Shown here piece after piece: positions 31,604-42,705 of a stretch of DNA of 64,000 bases (position 1 is the stretch's first letter; the number at the start of each line of letters is the position of its first letter). The stretch is from the NCBI GenBank assembly GCA_023411715.1, contig JAEYOM010000201.1, positions 3,370-67,369 of the forward strand, given 5' to 3'. The notes beneath the pieces were generated by a model. It was not told where the DNA came from, did no database searches, and saw nothing but the letters and a program-made list of their open reading frames with translations. Both the position numbers and the translations under genes were made by a program. The DNA is from Bacillota bacterium (GTDB lineage Bacteria > Bacillota > Clostridia > Acetivibrionales > DTU013).

Positions 31604-32680
31604 ATGGAACTGGGCAAAATTCTTATCGGTTCAATGCGACTGAAGGATTGCGTATCGGCAGCCGAGACGATCAGGAAGGCAGTGGATGCGGGGTTTAATT
31701 ATATCGATTCCGCGCCGCTATACAGGTTAGAAAATGAAGAACAGAACTCGGAAGTCTGGGTAGGGAATGCAATAAATAACGAGGATTATCGTAAAAGGGT
31801 ACTGCTTTCGTCAAAAAGCGCTACCAGTAACGGCGGACTTGAACTTGGCGAATTTGAACAAAGTAAAGGCTTTGGCGTAAGGACTTCGGAACAGTTCAGC
31901 AAGGTCTTCAGGCAGTCTTTAAAAAGGCTGAATGTAGATGCCTTGGATTATTATCATTTATGGATCTGCCACAACAATAAACTGTTTAATGAAGCATTTA
32001 AGGAGAATGGATGGTATGAAGGATTTTTGAAGGAAAAAGAAGCCGGCAGGGTCAAGCACCTTGGTATAACAACCCATGCCGATGCCGATACGATCATCGG
32101 CTTTCTGGAAACAGGGTATTTTGAGACGGTTACCTTACCGCTTAATGTAATGAACAGGGCAAGGATTAAGGCTGTCGAATACTGCAGGGGAAAGGGCATC
32201 AAGGTGCTTGCAATGAATCCGCTGGGCGGGGGTTTTCTGGCAGCAGATGAAAGACTTAAGGAACTTGCTTTCAAATATTTGCTTTCACTCGACAACGTAA
32301 GTATTCTGCTGGGCTTGACTTCCGTAGAGGAAGTTGAATACGCAGTCAGAATGAAAAAGGAATACGAAGCCGATCCGGTATCGACGGATAGTGTTGTTGA
32401 AGCGGTAAGAAAAATGATACCAAACGATGAGCCACGCTGCACAGGTTGCGGTTATTGCCAGCCATGCCCGCACTTTATAGACGTTGGGGCGGCACTTTCA
32501 TACTACAACTTATATAAATATCTCGGGTCGGAAAATGCCAAGAAATCCTTCATAGATATGCAGTGGAATCCCAGATTTAAACTTGATCAGTGCGCTTCAT
32601 GCGGCAGTTGTGAAAGAAGATGTCCGAACAGTCTTCCGGTGCGGAAGATTATTCAGGACGCAGTAAAAATAATGTATTGA
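31604..32680 (+). CDS. Aldo/keto reductase with a C-terminal 2x[4Fe-4S] ferredoxin-like domain
   Basis: 358 aa with an AKR barrel N-terminal part and two cluster motifs, CTGCGYCQPCP and CASCGSCERRCP. Confidence 0.82.
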   Translation: MELGKILIGSMRLKDCVSAAETIRKAVDAGFNYIDSAPLYRLENEEQNSEVWVGNAINNEDYRKRVLLSSKSATSNGGLELGEFEQSKGFGVRTSEQFSKVFRQSLKRLNVDALDYYHLWICHNNKLFNEAFKENGWYEGFLKEKEAGRVKHLGITTHADADTIIGFLETGYFETVTLPLNVMNRARIKAVEYCRGKGIKVLAMNPLGGGFLAADERLKELAFKYLLSLDNVSILLGLTSVEEVEYAVRMKKEYEADPVSTDSVVEAVRKMIPNDEPRCTGCGYCQPCPHFIDVGAALSYYNLYKYLGSENAKKSFIDMQWNPRFKLDQCASCGSCERRCPNSLPVRKIIQDAVKIMY

Positions 32681-32727
32681 TCTATGCTTTAGTAAAGAGT
32701 TAATTATTAGAATAACGTTGCTCGGTA

Positions 32728-32757
32728 GCCACCCGTAAGGGTGGCATTATTTTTTTG
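32728..32757 (+). terminator. Rho-independent terminator ending the sugar-utilisation cluster
   Basis: Stem GCCACCC / loop GTAA / stem GGGTGGC, followed by ATTATTTTTTT. Confidence 0.7.
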
Positions 32758-32819
32758 CTGAAAGAATTGTCGGTTTGCAGAAAAAGTATGGTTTTGAGGC
32801 GTTATACAGGAGGAGCGAT

Positions 32820-32894
32820 AATATCAATAATCAATATAAAATTATTGATATTCGATAAAAATATATTGACTATTGATATGCAATAGAGTATACT
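32820..32894 (+). promoter_or_regulatory. Promoter with a palindromic operator for the DUF2975-HTH operon
   Basis: A 12-bp perfect inverted repeat, AATATCAATAAT (32820-32831) / ATTATTGATATT (32841-32852). The promoter is TTGACT (32866-32871), a 17-nt spacer, then TATACT (32889-32894). A third half-site, ATTGATAT, sits in the spacer (32872-32879). Confidence 0.5.
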
Positions 32895-32937
32895 CTCCTT
32901 GTAAATGCTATCGTATTACTCGAAAGGTGGTAACTCT

Positions 32938-33399
32938 ATGAAGATCCTTGGTGAAAAGGGTTTATCGGGTATAGTCAAACGCTTTATTGATATTATATTT
33001 TTCGGGGGCATTGCTATCGTTCTAGGGCTCCCGCTTATATTGCGGTGGTATATGGATTGGCTGGCAGGCAGTACAAGTGAATTGTACGCGTTTCTGCTGC
33101 CATTTCTTTATATTACGGGTTTTCTGGCGCTGATCATCGTGAATGAACTCAGGAGAATATTCAGAACTCTGAATCGCATGGACCCTTTTCGTATGGATAA
33201 CGTAATAAGTTTCAAGCTTATGTCGGTCTGCTGCTTTGTCGTGGCCTTTTTCTATCTTGTAAAGATATTTTTCTTCAATTCTTTTCTAACGATCATTTTA
33301 ATGATGGTATTCATCATCGCAGGCTTTTTCCTGCTCATTATAGCGGAGGTTTTCCGACAGGCCGTTATAGTCAAGGAAGAAAACGATCTTACGATATGA
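32938..33399 (+). CDS. DUF2975-like four-TM membrane protein
   Basis: About 153 aa from the ATG after AAAGGTGG, with four hydrophobic segments. It lies immediately upstream of a YozG-type HTH gene, which is the usual DUF2975 arrangement. The family assignment rests on context and topology and was not verified by HMM. Confidence 0.65.
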   Translation: MKILGEKGLSGIVKRFIDIIFFGGIAIVLGLPLILRWYMDWLAGSTSELYAFLLPFLYITGFLALIIVNELRRIFRTLNRMDPFRMDNVISFKLMSVCCFVVAFFYLVKIFFFNSFLTIILMMVFIIAGFFLLIIAEVFRQAVIVKEENDLTI

Positions 33400-33412
33400 G
33401 GCGGGAGGGCAT

Positions 33413-33664
33413 ATGGGAATAAGGATAAATCTGGACGTAATGATGGCAAAACGGAAGATAGGACTTACCGAGCTGGCCGGTAAAGTTGATATAACAATGG
33501 CCAACCTTTCGATACTGAAAAACAACAAGGCAAGGGCGATAAGATTCTCTACGCTGGAAGCGCTGTGTGGGGCATTGGGCTGCCAGCCCGGCGATATACT
33601 CGAGTATGTGCCCGGAGACGATACCGCCGACGGTGAAAGCGACGAAGACCCCGATAAAGGTTGA
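33413..33664 (+). CDS. XRE-family HTH transcriptional regulator, YozG-like
   Basis: 83 aa reading INLDVMMAKRKIGLTELAGKVDITMANLSILKNNKARAIRFSTLEALCGALGCQPGDILEY, which closely resembles the YozG family. It has an acidic C-terminal tail. Confidence 0.88.
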   Translation: MGIRINLDVMMAKRKIGLTELAGKVDITMANLSILKNNKARAIRFSTLEALCGALGCQPGDILEYVPGDDTADGESDEDPDKG

Positions 33665-33679
33665 AACGAGGTGGAATAA

Positions 33680-35320
33680 ATGGATGAGATGAAGGAAATG
33701 GGGACCGGCGGAAACATAACTAATGTGCAGCTCGAGGAATGGAAAGCTGAGGAAGCTTCACGGAAGGCAGAAGGTCAAAAAACAGATAAAGTAAGTGGAC
33801 GGATTGCAGAGCAGGAGCTGGGCAAGCCCGATAAATTGGTTTTCAACAGGCCGGACAGACTTATGGCGGCGGGTGCTTTGCTTTTTGGAATTCTTTTTGT
33901 CTGGCTGTTCTACGGCAAGTATCCGGGAATATCGATACCGATCTTTGTGATCGCATTTTACGCGTTGTTATTTGCCTATACGCGCCCCGTGCTTACAAAA
34001 GAGGCGAAATTCGGATGGTTCCTCAGTATCCCGGTTTTCCTGATATCGCTCACCTACGCGCTCTTCGGGAATGAAGTGCTTATGGTGCTTGATATACTTG
34101 CGTTGCCGGTCTTGATACTTTTGCAAACGCTGCTGATAACGGGCGTAAACACGTATAAATGGCACAGCCCGGGCATAATAGCAGACATCATATCCGGTAT
34201 ATTCGCCAGGTGCCTGTTGCATGTTTTCAAGCCTATCAGGCTCCTGACCTCGCTGTTTAAAAATAGATCTGCCGGCGATGGCAGAAGATCCGCGGGATTC
34301 AAGGTATTGATCGGCCTTGCCATATCGGTGCCGCTTCTGGTAATACTGCTTCCGCTTCTCTCCTCGGCAGATATGGTATTCGGTAAACTTGTGGATAAGT
34401 TGCCGAAACTGTTTGAAAATATCAAAATGGGTGAGCTCATAGGAAGGGCGATAGCTGCACTCGTCGTTTTCTTCCTCTCCTTCAGTTACCTGTGGAGTCT
34501 TGGACATAAAGAGCATCTGGCTTACAATACAGCGAACGGCACAGTTATAAAAACGCCGGAGCAAAAGAAGCGTTGGGACCCTGTAATCGTTATCACTGTG
34601 ACGGTGACTGTGGATATTCTGTATGTAATATTCGTCATAATCCAATTTGCCTACTTATTCGGCAGTTTCGGGCTTCCCGACGGATTCACATATGCGGAAT
34701 ATGCAAGGAGCGGGTTCTTTGAACTTATACTGGTATCCCTACTTAATATTGCACTACTTGCGGTTACCCTTACTTACACCAAAAAGGGCGCAGCAGGATT
34801 AAATATGGCTTTCAGGGCACTGAACAGTATTATGATAGGCTGCACCATCGTTATGCTCATATCGGCGCATTACAGGATGACTTTGTATGAGCAGGCGTAC
34901 GGGTTTACTTTCCTGCGTATAATGACCCATGCGTTCATGGTCTTCCTGCTTGTGCTCTTCGTTATCACGCTTGCCAGGGTATGGGTCGACAGACTGCCGC
35001 TCCTGAAGCCTTACATAGTCGCCGCGGTAATTGCGTTCACAGTCGTCAACTATATAAATGTGGATGAAATGATTGCAAAGAACAACGTCGAGAGATACTA
35101 TACTACTAAGGAAATCGATATCGAATACTTTCGTACCCTGTCGAGCGGCGCAGTCGATGAACTGAAGAAATTAGCGAAGGACAAGGATCCAAGCGTCTCG
35201 ACACAGGCCGGCGAAATGCTGAAACAGAGAAGGGACGTACTTTTAAGGATAAATAAAAACTGGCAGTCCTTCAATCTGACAAATTATATGGCGCAAAAGG
35301 ACCTTGAGAAGGGATGGTAA
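33680..35320 (+). CDS. Large polytopic membrane protein (DUF4153/DUF4173-like)
   Basis: 546 aa with a charged N-terminal ~60 aa, about 10-12 TM segments, and a soluble C-terminal ~90 aa. The family name is from memory of similar clostridial annotations and is unverified. Confidence 0.55.
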   Translation: MDEMKEMGTGGNITNVQLEEWKAEEASRKAEGQKTDKVSGRIAEQELGKPDKLVFNRPDRLMAAGALLFGILFVWLFYGKYPGISIPIFVIAFYALLFAYTRPVLTKEAKFGWFLSIPVFLISLTYALFGNEVLMVLDILALPVLILLQTLLITGVNTYKWHSPGIIADIISGIFARCLLHVFKPIRLLTSLFKNRSAGDGRRSAGFKVLIGLAISVPLLVILLPLLSSADMVFGKLVDKLPKLFENIKMGELIGRAIAALVVFFLSFSYLWSLGHKEHLAYNTANGTVIKTPEQKKRWDPVIVITVTVTVDILYVIFVIIQFAYLFGSFGLPDGFTYAEYARSGFFELILVSLLNIALLAVTLTYTKKGAAGLNMAFRALNSIMIGCTIVMLISAHYRMTLYEQAYGFTFLRIMTHAFMVFLLVLFVITLARVWVDRLPLLKPYIVAAVIAFTVVNYINVDEMIAKNNVERYYTTKEIDIEYFRTLSSGAVDELKKLAKDKDPSVSTQAGEMLKQRRDVLLRINKNWQSFNLTNYMAQKDLEKGW

Positions 35321-36387
35321 GACTGTTGTTCAGACTGACAAGGGGCTTTTCATTAATTATACTGATAGTATTCACGGCTATCTGGCTTCCCGGCTGTTCA
35401 GCTGCGGGCGAAAACTGGGGTATGGTCGCAGCCGGAAGGCCTGTAATAGGTCTGGCTGTCGAGAAAAGCGAGGACAGGGAAATCGCATTGGAGTCACAGA
35501 CCCGGCTGCGCGTCAATATCGATAACGGAAATATCCGTATCACGCGCGGAAACGACGACAAGCTTCTTATCAGGGAGACTCTGCGTATCAAGGGACCGGC
35601 GTCGAAGGAGCGCCTCGGCGAGCTGCTGGATATGAGCAAAAGCAAGGTTGAGAGCTTTGCGAACAGTATTAGCGTAGATCAGAAGCAGAGTGAAGAAATA
35701 AAACCGCTGTATGGCATGGCGGACGACATTGAATTCATCATACCAGAGTCGATAAGCATTCTGAATATTTCGATAAATAACGGCACAGTTAACCTTTCCG
35801 GTTTGGATGGGCTCAGGTCTGCCGAGCTTTCTGCAGTAAACGGACAGATCGATGTTTCGGGGAGCAGTTCGGACAGTATAAAAATGTCGGTTGATAAGGG
35901 AAATATAAATATCGAGGACTTCTCCGGCAGCGGCAGCTATGAATGCGGACGTGGAGACATCAACCTTAAGGCGGTATCAGGCTCGGTCGATCTGACATCG
36001 GTGTCAGGCGATGCGGTTATCGAAGAATCTGAAGGAACCTTCAAATGCGATATGTCTTCAGGACAGCTGACAGTTAGAAACTCCAGCATTCGAAGCGGAT
36101 CGGACCTATATTCGTCGACTGGCAGTATAGATGCGGAACTGGCCGAACTTGACAGCGCCGGAAAACTGTCGGTTAAATCCGCAGATGCTGACATACGGCT
36201 TAAAATGCCAGAGAATAAAGGCTATTCACTCATTGCAAGATCGACTGGCGGTAAGGTCTACAACAAAATGAACCCATCTCCCGGAACATTGAAGAAATCG
36301 CCCACGGGCGAGGTGTACGGCGATGTAGCCGGAGGCGGCATATCAATAGAAATCTATACTGACAGCGGCAGCGTAACACTGTATTAA
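35314..36387 (+). CDS. DUF4097 beta-strand-repeat lipoprotein (putative adhesin-like)
   Basis: 357 aa with the lipobox LPGC. It has repeated G-x-I/V-x-V/L strands (NGTVNLSG, NGQIDVSG, GNINIED, GDINLKAVSGSVDLTSVSGDAVIEE) and ends in SGSVTLY. It overlaps the upstream gene by 7 nt. Confidence 0.75.
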   Translation: MVRLLFRLTRGFSLIILIVFTAIWLPGCSAAGENWGMVAAGRPVIGLAVEKSEDREIALESQTRLRVNIDNGNIRITRGNDDKLLIRETLRIKGPASKERLGELLDMSKSKVESFANSISVDQKQSEEIKPLYGMADDIEFIIPESISILNISINNGTVNLSGLDGLRSAELSAVNGQIDVSGSSSDSIKMSVDKGNINIEDFSGSGSYECGRGDINLKAVSGSVDLTSVSGDAVIEESEGTFKCDMSSGQLTVRNSSIRSGSDLYSSTGSIDAELAELDSAGKLSVKSADADIRLKMPENKGYSLIARSTGGKVYNKMNPSPGTLKKSPTGEVYGDVAGGGISIEIYTDSGSVTLY

Positions 36388-36444
36388 CAGGTATATCAGC
36401 GGGCCATTCAGCAGGCTGCTTAGTACGAGACCTGCTGCCGGGAC

Positions 36445-36484
36445 AGAAAAAGAGCATCAGCGGATATAGTTTTGCTGATGCTCT
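36445..36484 (-). terminator. Terminator after gltD (potentially bidirectional)
   Basis: Stem AGAGCATCAGC (36451-36461) pairs with GCTGATGCTCT (36474-36484). The minus-strand RNA is followed by UUUUU. Confidence 0.6.
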
Positions 36485-36529
36485 TCCATAAATATATTAT
36501 GGCAAGTGTTATGGCAATTTTAAAGAGAA

Positions 36530-38014
36530 CTATGGCAGCATCGAGCTGCCCATCAGATATTTGTCGCACTCGCGTGCGGCTCCCCTGCCTTCGTTTATAG
36601 CCCATACGACCAGACTCTGTCCGCGCCGCATATCTCCGGCAGCAAATACACCCTTTATATTGGTAGAAAACTTACCATATTCGGCTTTTACATTCGAACG
36701 ATTGTCCTGTTCGACATTCAAAGCTGTGAAAGCGGTTTCCTCAGGTCCGAGAAAACCCATTGCCAGCAGTACTAGCTGTGCCGGATAAACCTTTTCAGTA
36801 CCCGGTATATCCACAGGGACAAAGCGCCCCGATGTGTCCTTCTGCCAATCCACCTCAACCGTGTGGACTTCCTTCAAGTTTCCGTTTTCATCCCCGACAA
36901 ACTTCCTGGCAGTTATACAGTAATGTCTCGGATCGCTCCCGAACAATGCGGCAGCTTCTTCCTGGCCGTAATCGGTCTTGAGGACCTTCGGCCATTGAGG
37001 CCACGGATTGTCGGGCTTTCTTTCCACCGGGGGCTGCGGCATGATCTCAAGCTGCATAACGCTCCTGCAGCCATGGCGTATCGATGTTCCTACGCAATCC
37101 GTGCCGGTATCTCCGCCGCCGATTATAATGACGTCCTTATCCTTCGCATTTATATAATTTCCGTCTGCATGCTGTGAATCCAGCAGGCTTTTGGTGTTTG
37201 CCTTAAGAAAATCCACGGCAAAATAGATGCCTTTCAGGCTTCTTCCCTCGATGGGAAGATCCCTCGGTTTCGTAGCACCGCAGCAGAATACGACGGCATC
37301 ATATTCCTCAAGCAGCTTTTCCGGACCGATGTCCTTTCCGACTTCAACACCTTTCCTGAATTCTATTCCTTCTTCAGAAAGCAGCTTGACCCTGCGCTGT
37401 ACTACTTTTTTATCGAGCTTCATATTGGGTATGCCATACATCAGCAAGCCGCCTATCCTGTCACTTCGCTCAAAGACCGTTACCAGATGGCCGGCTTTAT
37501 TCAGCTGGTCGGCACAGGCGAGTCCCGAAGGGCCGGAACCTACCACAGCTACCCTTTTGCCCGTGCGTATCTCCGGAAGCTCCGGTTTTATCCAGCCTTC
37601 CCTGAAGGCTTTCTCTATAATCGAGCATTCGTTGTTTTTAACCGTAACCTGAGGGTCGTTTATGCCTACAGTACAGGAACCCTCGCATAATGCAGGGCAG
37701 ACTCTTCCGGTAAATTCGGGGAAATTGTTTGTTTTAAGCAGCCTTTTCACGGCCTCATGCCAGTTGCCCCTGTACATCAGATCGTTCCATTCGGGTATCA
37801 GATTGTTTAACGGGCAGCCTGACGCCAAGCCGTTAATCATAAGGCCCATATGGCAGAACGGAGTACCGCAGTCCATACAGCGCGCTCCCTGCATGCGCTG
37901 TTCCTTTTCCGGAAGGTGGAGATGAAATTCATCCCAATCCTTTATTCTTTCCAACGGTTCGCGGTCAGCCGGAACTATCCGCTCATATTCCATAAATCCA
38001 GTCGATTTTCCCAT
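36530..38014 (-). CDS. gltD: Glutamate synthase (NADPH) small subunit
   Basis: 494 aa with the Fe-S motif CMDCGTPFC, the dinucleotide fold [12 protein letters not shown], and a C-terminal [14 protein letters not shown] motif. Confidence 0.93.
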   Translation of the reverse strand: MGKSTGFMEYERIVPADREPLERIKDWDEFHLHLPEKEQRMQGARCMDCGTPFCHMGLMINGLASGCPLNNLIPEWNDLMYRGNWHEAVKRLLKTNNFPEFTGRVCPALCEGSCTVGINDPQVTVKNNECSIIEKAFREGWIKPELPEIRTGKRVAVVGSGPSGLACADQLNKAGHLVTVFERSDRIGGLLMYGIPNMKLDKKVVQRRVKLLSEEGIEFRKGVEVGKDIGPEKLLEEYDAVVFCCGATKPRDLPIEGRSLKGIYFAVDFLKANTKSLLDSQHADGNYINAKDKDVIIIGGGDTGTDCVGTSIRHGCRSVMQLEIMPQPPVERKPDNPWPQWPKVLKTDYGQEEAAALFGSDPRHYCITARKFVGDENGNLKEVHTVEVDWQKDTSGRFVPVDIPGTEKVYPAQLVLLAMGFLGPEETAFTALNVEQDNRSNVKAEYGKFSTNIKGVFAAGDMRRGQSLVVWAINEGRGAARECDKYLMGSSMLP

Positions 38015-38058
38015 AACACTGCCTCCCTACAGCTCACCTGGTTTTAGAGGCGACCATA

Positions 38059-41000
38059 TCAGTCGTCGTCATCCGCCAGGCTCACATGCCCTTTATTCTC
38101 TTCAAATGCGGCCAGCAGAGCTTCGTCACTGCTCAGGCCCGCATCCTGCATTTTTTTAATTGCGTTGAGCATCCTTTCGTAATCCTTCGGCATTACCTTT
38201 ATAAACAGGGGCAGCATTTCGTCCCAGTGCTGCAGGACTCTATCGGCAAGTTTGCTGCCGGTGTATTCAAGGTGCTTTTCTATCATTTCCCTGACCTGAT
38301 CAATTTCGCCCTTATCTTCGAGCTTCTGCAGCTCAACCATTTCCTTGTTACATTTTTTATCGAAAAGGTCTTTTTCATCGAGGACGTATGCGATACCGCC
38401 CGACATGCCGGCTGCGAAATTCCTCCCCGTTGAACCGAGAACGACGACGCGTCCCCCTGTCATGTATTCACAGCCATGGTCGCCTACCGCTTCCGCAACA
38501 GCCGACGCTCCGCTGTTCCTGACGCAGAAACGCTCTCCGGCCATACCGCTGATATAGGCTTCGCCGCTCGTTGCGCCATACAGACAGACATTACCTGCGA
38601 TTATATTCTCCTCGGAAACAAAGACGGACTTTTTCGGAGGATAGACAACGATCCTTCCGCCGGAAAGACCCTTGCCGAGATAATCGTTCGCATCGCCTTC
38701 GAGCGCAAGCGACAGGCCCCTGGGTATGAATGCTCCGAAACTCTGCCCGGCGGAGCCTGTGAACTTCAGGCTTATAGTATCTTCGGGCAATCCTTTTTCA
38801 CCGTATATCTTTGTTATTTCACTGCCCAGGATTGTCCCGACGACACGGTTGGTATTCCTGATGGGAAGCTCGGATACGACCTTTTCGCCTTTCTGAAGCG
38901 CGGGCCTGCATATATCAAGCAGCACCTGCGTATCCAGAGTATCCGCGATCAGATGCTCCTGGCTCTTTATGCAGTGTCTGGGGGAGTCCCCGGGCAAATC
39001 CGGCTGATACAGTATCGGCGACAAATCGAGGCCTTTCGATTTCCAGTGGAGTATTGCATTATTCGGTTCAAGTATTTCGCTGTGACCTACCATTTCATCG
39101 ATCGTTCGGAATCCCAGCCTGGCCATCCACTCGCGCATTTCCTGTGCGATAAAACGCATGAAATTCACTACATACTGGGGATCACCGCAGAATTTCTTGC
39201 GCAGCTCCGGATTCTGCGTTGCTATCCCCACCGGACAGGTATCGAGGTTGCAGACTCTCATCATAACACAGCCGAGCGTTACCAGCGGAGCAGTTGCAAA
39301 ACCGAATTCCTCAGCGCCCAGCAGCGCCGCGATAATTACATCGCGTCCGGTCATCAGCTTCCCGTCCGTTTCTATTACGATCCTGCTTCTTAAGTCGTTA
39401 AGCATCAGTGTCTGATGAGTTTCCGCGAGACCGAGCTCCCAGGGAAGCCCCGCGTGACGTATGCTGCTCCTGGGCGAAGCTCCTGTTCCGCCGTCGTAGC
39501 CGCTTATAAGCACTACATCGGCGCGTCCCTTCGCAACGCCGGCGGCTACCGTTCCTACGCCTACTTCGGAAACCAGCTTGACGCTGATCCTTGCGTCACG
39601 GTTTGCGTTTTTCAAATCATATATAAGCTCTGCCAGGTCCTCTATCGAATATATGTCATGGTGCGGCGGCGGTGAAATAAGTCCGACGCCCGCCGTAGAA
39701 TGCCTTACCTTCGCGATCCACGGATATACCTTGGCGCCGGGCAGCTGTCCGCCTTCACCCGGTTTTGCGCCCTGGGCCATCTTTATCTGGAGTTCCTTTG
39801 CATTTACAAGGTAATTGCTCGTTACTCCAAAACGGCCCGAAGCAACCTGCTTGATGGCGCTGCAGCGGCTGTCGCCGTTGTTGTCCGGTTTGAAACGTTC
39901 GGGGTCTTCGCCGCCTTCGCCCGTGTTACTTTTTCCGCCAAGCCGGTTCATCGCTATCGCCATTGCCTCATGAGCTTCCTTACTGATGGAGCCGTAGGAC
40001 ATGGCGCCGGTCTTGAAGCGCCTGCATATGGAATCTACGGATTCTACCTCTTCGATTGGGACCGGAGCGCGGTCGTATTTGAATTCAAGCAATCCGCGTA
40101 TCGTACACTGCCTTTGTGTCTGTTCATCTAAAAGTCTGGAATACTCTCCGAAGGTCCTGTAATCATTTGTTCTGCATGCCAGCTGAAGCTTATGGATGGT
40201 TTCAGGGTTGTAAAGATGGTATTCCCCGTCCCTTCTCCACTGGTACTGGCCTCCGGTCTCGAGCACCTCTTCAGTGCTGCGCTCGTCGAAAGCATTTTTA
40301 TGACGTATCAGCACTTCTCCTGCAATTACGTCAAGGCCTATACCGTCTATTCTGGATGCAGTCTTCGTAAAGTATCTGTCTATGACTTCCTTGCTTATAC
40401 CTACCGCTTCAAAGATCTGTGCGCCCTGATAACTCTGCACTGTTGAAATACCCATCTTGGACAGTGTTTTTACGATGCCCTTCACGGCTGCCTTTGTGTA
40501 TTTCTTTGCGCCGTATTTCAGATGTGATTCTTTTAGCATGCCCTCTCTGACCATACCGTCGATAGTCTCGTAAGCGAGGTACGGATTGATCGCCGAAGCG
40601 CCGTATCCGATCAGGAGCGCAAAATGGTGGACCTCTCTTGGTTCGCCGGACTCGACTATGATGCTGACTTTTGTGCGCGTCCCTTCGCGGATCAGGTGCT
40701 GATGCAGCCCGGAAACCGCAAGCAACGCCGGTATGGCAGCATATTTTCTGCTGACGCCCCTATCCGAGAGTATCAGGATATTGGCGCCTTCGCTTATAGC
40801 ACGCGAGGCGTCGCTGAATATTTCATCAAGAGCGCGCTTCATCCCCTGTTCGCCGTTATCTGCCTTGAAAAGCATCGGAAGGTTGAATGAACGGAAGCCC
40901 GGGTTATTTATATCGCGAAGCTTGGCAAGCTCCTCGTTGGTTATGATGGGATATTTGACTTTTATCTGCCTGCAGCTCTCAGGAGTCGGATGGACCAAAT

Positions 41001-42705
41001 TGCCTTCAGATCCGATAAAGGTTTCCGTGGCGGTTATAATTTCCTCACGCATCGCATCGATAGGAGGATTGGTTACCTGTGCAAACAGCTGCTTGAAGTA
41101 GTTGTAGAGAAGCTGCGGCTTGTCGGACAGTACCGCGAGCGGGGTGTCGGTCCCCATCGCGCCTATGGCCTCCTGTCCATCCGCCGCCATCGGCGCTATG
41201 ATCTTTCTCAGTTCCTCAAAGGTGTATCCGAATATTTTCTGGCGTTGCAGAAGCGTATTGTAATTTGTCTGAGGATACGGCGACAAAACAGGAAGCTGCT
41301 CGAGTTTGAGCACGTATTCATCTAGCCACTTACGGTATGGGTACTCTCCGGATATTTTATTTTTCAATTCATAGTCATTGATAATGCGTCCTTCAACAGT
41401 GTCGATCAGCAGCATTCTCCCGGGCTTCAGTCTTTCCTTGCTCACTATGCGATCCGGCGCAATGTCAAGTACGCCTACTTCGGAGGCAAGTATAACCTGC
41501 CCGTCCCTGGTAACGTAATAACGTGCCGGCCTGAGGCCGTTCCTGTCCAATACCGCGCCGACCAGAGCGCCGTCGGTGAAGGCCATCGCCGCCGGACCAT
41601 CCCAGGGTTCCATAAGGCAGCTGTGGAATTCATAAAACGCTTTTTTCTCATCGCTCATACTCTCGTGATTCTGCCATGGTTCAGGTATCATCATCATCAT
41701 GGAGTGGGGAAGCGAACGGCCTGAAAGAGTCAGAAATTCCAGACAGTTGTCGAACATGGCGGAATCGCTTCCGTCAGGATTGATCACAGGATATATTTTT
41801 TCCAGATCTTCACCGAACACTTCGGATTCCAGGGTAGCTTCACGCGCAGCCATCCAATTGACGTTGCCACGCAGTGTGTTTATTTCGCCGTTGTGTATGA
41901 TATAACGGTTCGGATGCGCCCTCTCCCAGCTTGGGAAGGTGTTGGTGCTGTAACGGGAATGAACAAGCGCCATTGCGCTTTCGACATTTTCGCTCTTCAG
42001 GTCGGGATAGAATTCATCCACCTGCTCTGCGGTAAGCATGCCTTTGTACACTATGGTTCCTGACGAAAAGCTGGCTGCGTAGAAGCTTAACTCTTTTTGG
42101 ACAGCGGCATTTTCAATGCGCTTGCGAATTACGTACAGTTTTCGCTCAAAAGCGAGCTTGTTCTCAATGACAGGATTTTTACCGATTATGATCTGCTTAA
42201 TGTGAGGCATGCAGGCAATAGCCGTTTTTCCCAGGGATACCGGATTTGTCGGCACATCCCTCCAGCCAAGCACAGTCTGTCCTTCATCTTCAACTATTTT
42301 ATCGATGATTTTTATCATTTCACTGCGATTTTTGGCATCATTGCTTAGAAACAACATTCCTATGCCGTAACTGCCCTGATCGGGAAGGGTGATACCTGAT
42401 TTTTTACTTTCGCTTACAAATAATTTATGAGGGATCTGGATCAGGATTCCTGCGCCGTCGCCCGTATTATTTTCGGAACCGCTTCCGCCTCTGTGGGAAA
42501 GGTTAACAAGAATAGTGAGCGCCTGTCTGATGATCTGATGGGACCTGGTCCCGTCTATATTAACGACAAACCCGATACCGCATGCATCATGTTCATTCTG
42601 TGGGTCATAAAGGCCCTGCTTCTTCGGCAATCCGCAAGACGTCCTGGTCTGCGGGCTATAAAGTCTTTGCCCATCCGGTACACTGCTCTGATCACTTTGC
42701 TTCAT
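38059..42705 (-). CDS. gltB: Glutamate synthase large subunit
   Basis: It has the Ntn amidotransferase Cys ([10 protein letters not shown]), the FMN/Fe-S central domain (GGTGASP) and the C-terminal GXGXG beta-helix. I placed the start at the ATG at 42705, after GGAAAGGGTG; the ORF track extends to 42735. Confidence 0.95.
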   Translation of the reverse strand: MKQSDQSSVPDGQRLYSPQTRTSCGLPKKQGLYDPQNEHDACGIGFVVNIDGTRSHQIIRQALTILVNLSHRGGSGSENNTGDGAGILIQIPHKLFVSESKKSGITLPDQGSYGIGMLFLSNDAKNRSEMIKIIDKIVEDEGQTVLGWRDVPTNPVSLGKTAIACMPHIKQIIIGKNPVIENKLAFERKLYVIRKRIENAAVQKELSFYAASFSSGTIVYKGMLTAEQVDEFYPDLKSENVESAMALVHSRYSTNTFPSWERAHPNRYIIHNGEINTLRGNVNWMAAREATLESEVFGEDLEKIYPVINPDGSDSAMFDNCLEFLTLSGRSLPHSMMMMIPEPWQNHESMSDEKKAFYEFHSCLMEPWDGPAAMAFTDGALVGAVLDRNGLRPARYYVTRDGQVILASEVGVLDIAPDRIVSKERLKPGRMLLIDTVEGRIINDYELKNKISGEYPYRKWLDEYVLKLEQLPVLSPYPQTNYNTLLQRQKIFGYTFEELRKIIAPMAADGQEAIGAMGTDTPLAVLSDKPQLLYNYFKQLFAQVTNPPIDAMREEIITATETFIGSEGNLVHPTPESCRQIKVKYPIITNEELAKLRDINNPGFRSFNLPMLFKADNGEQGMKRALDEIFSDASRAISEGANILILSDRGVSRKYAAIPALLAVSGLHQHLIREGTRTKVSIIVESGEPREVHHFALLIGYGASAINPYLAYETIDGMVREGMLKESHLKYGAKKYTKAAVKGIVKTLSKMGISTVQSYQGAQIFEAVGISKEVIDRYFTKTASRIDGIGLDVIAGEVLIRHKNAFDERSTEEVLETGGQYQWRRDGEYHLYNPETIHKLQLACRTNDYRTFGEYSRLLDEQTQRQCTIRGLLEFKYDRAPVPIEEVESVDSICRRFKTGAMSYGSISKEAHEAMAIAMNRLGGKSNTGEGGEDPERFKPDNNGDSRCSAIKQVASGRFGVTSNYLVNAKELQIKMAQGAKPGEGGQLPGAKVYPWIAKVRHSTAGVGLISPPPHHDIYSIEDLAELIYDLKNANRDARISVKLVSEVGVGTVAAGVAKGRADVVLISGYDGGTGASPRSSIRHAGLPWELGLAETHQTLMLNDLRSRIVIETDGKLMTGRDVIIAALLGAEEFGFATAPLVTLGCVMMRVCNLDTCPVGIATQNPELRKKFCGDPQYVVNFMRFIAQEMREWMARLGFRTIDEMVGHSEILEPNNAILHWKSKGLDLSPILYQPDLPGDSPRHCIKSQEHLIADTLDTQVLLDICRPALQKGEKVVSELPIRNTNRVVGTILGSEITKIYGEKGLPEDTISLKFTGSAGQSFGAFIPRGLSLALEGDANDYLGKGLSGGRIVVYPPKKSVFVSEENIIAGNVCLYGATSGEAYISGMAGERFCVRNSGASAVAEAVGDHGCEYMTGGRVVVLGSTGRNFAAGMSGGIAYVLDEKDLFDKKCNKEMVELQKLEDKGEIDQVREMIEKHLEYTGSKLADRVLQHWDEMLPLFIKVMPKDYERMLNAIKKMQDAGLSSDEALLAAFEENKGHVSLADDDD

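Noticed and set aside
33968-34645. A 225-aa minus-strand ORF inside the DUF4153-like gene
   Set aside because: It is antisense to a long hydrophobic ORF that has a coherent TM pattern and translational coupling to its neighbours.
38476-39393. A 305-aa plus-strand ORF, plus many other 65-145-aa ORFs across 38086-42711
   Set aside because: All are antisense or out of frame within the 1548-aa gltB gene, whose domain motifs are continuous. They are shadow ORFs.
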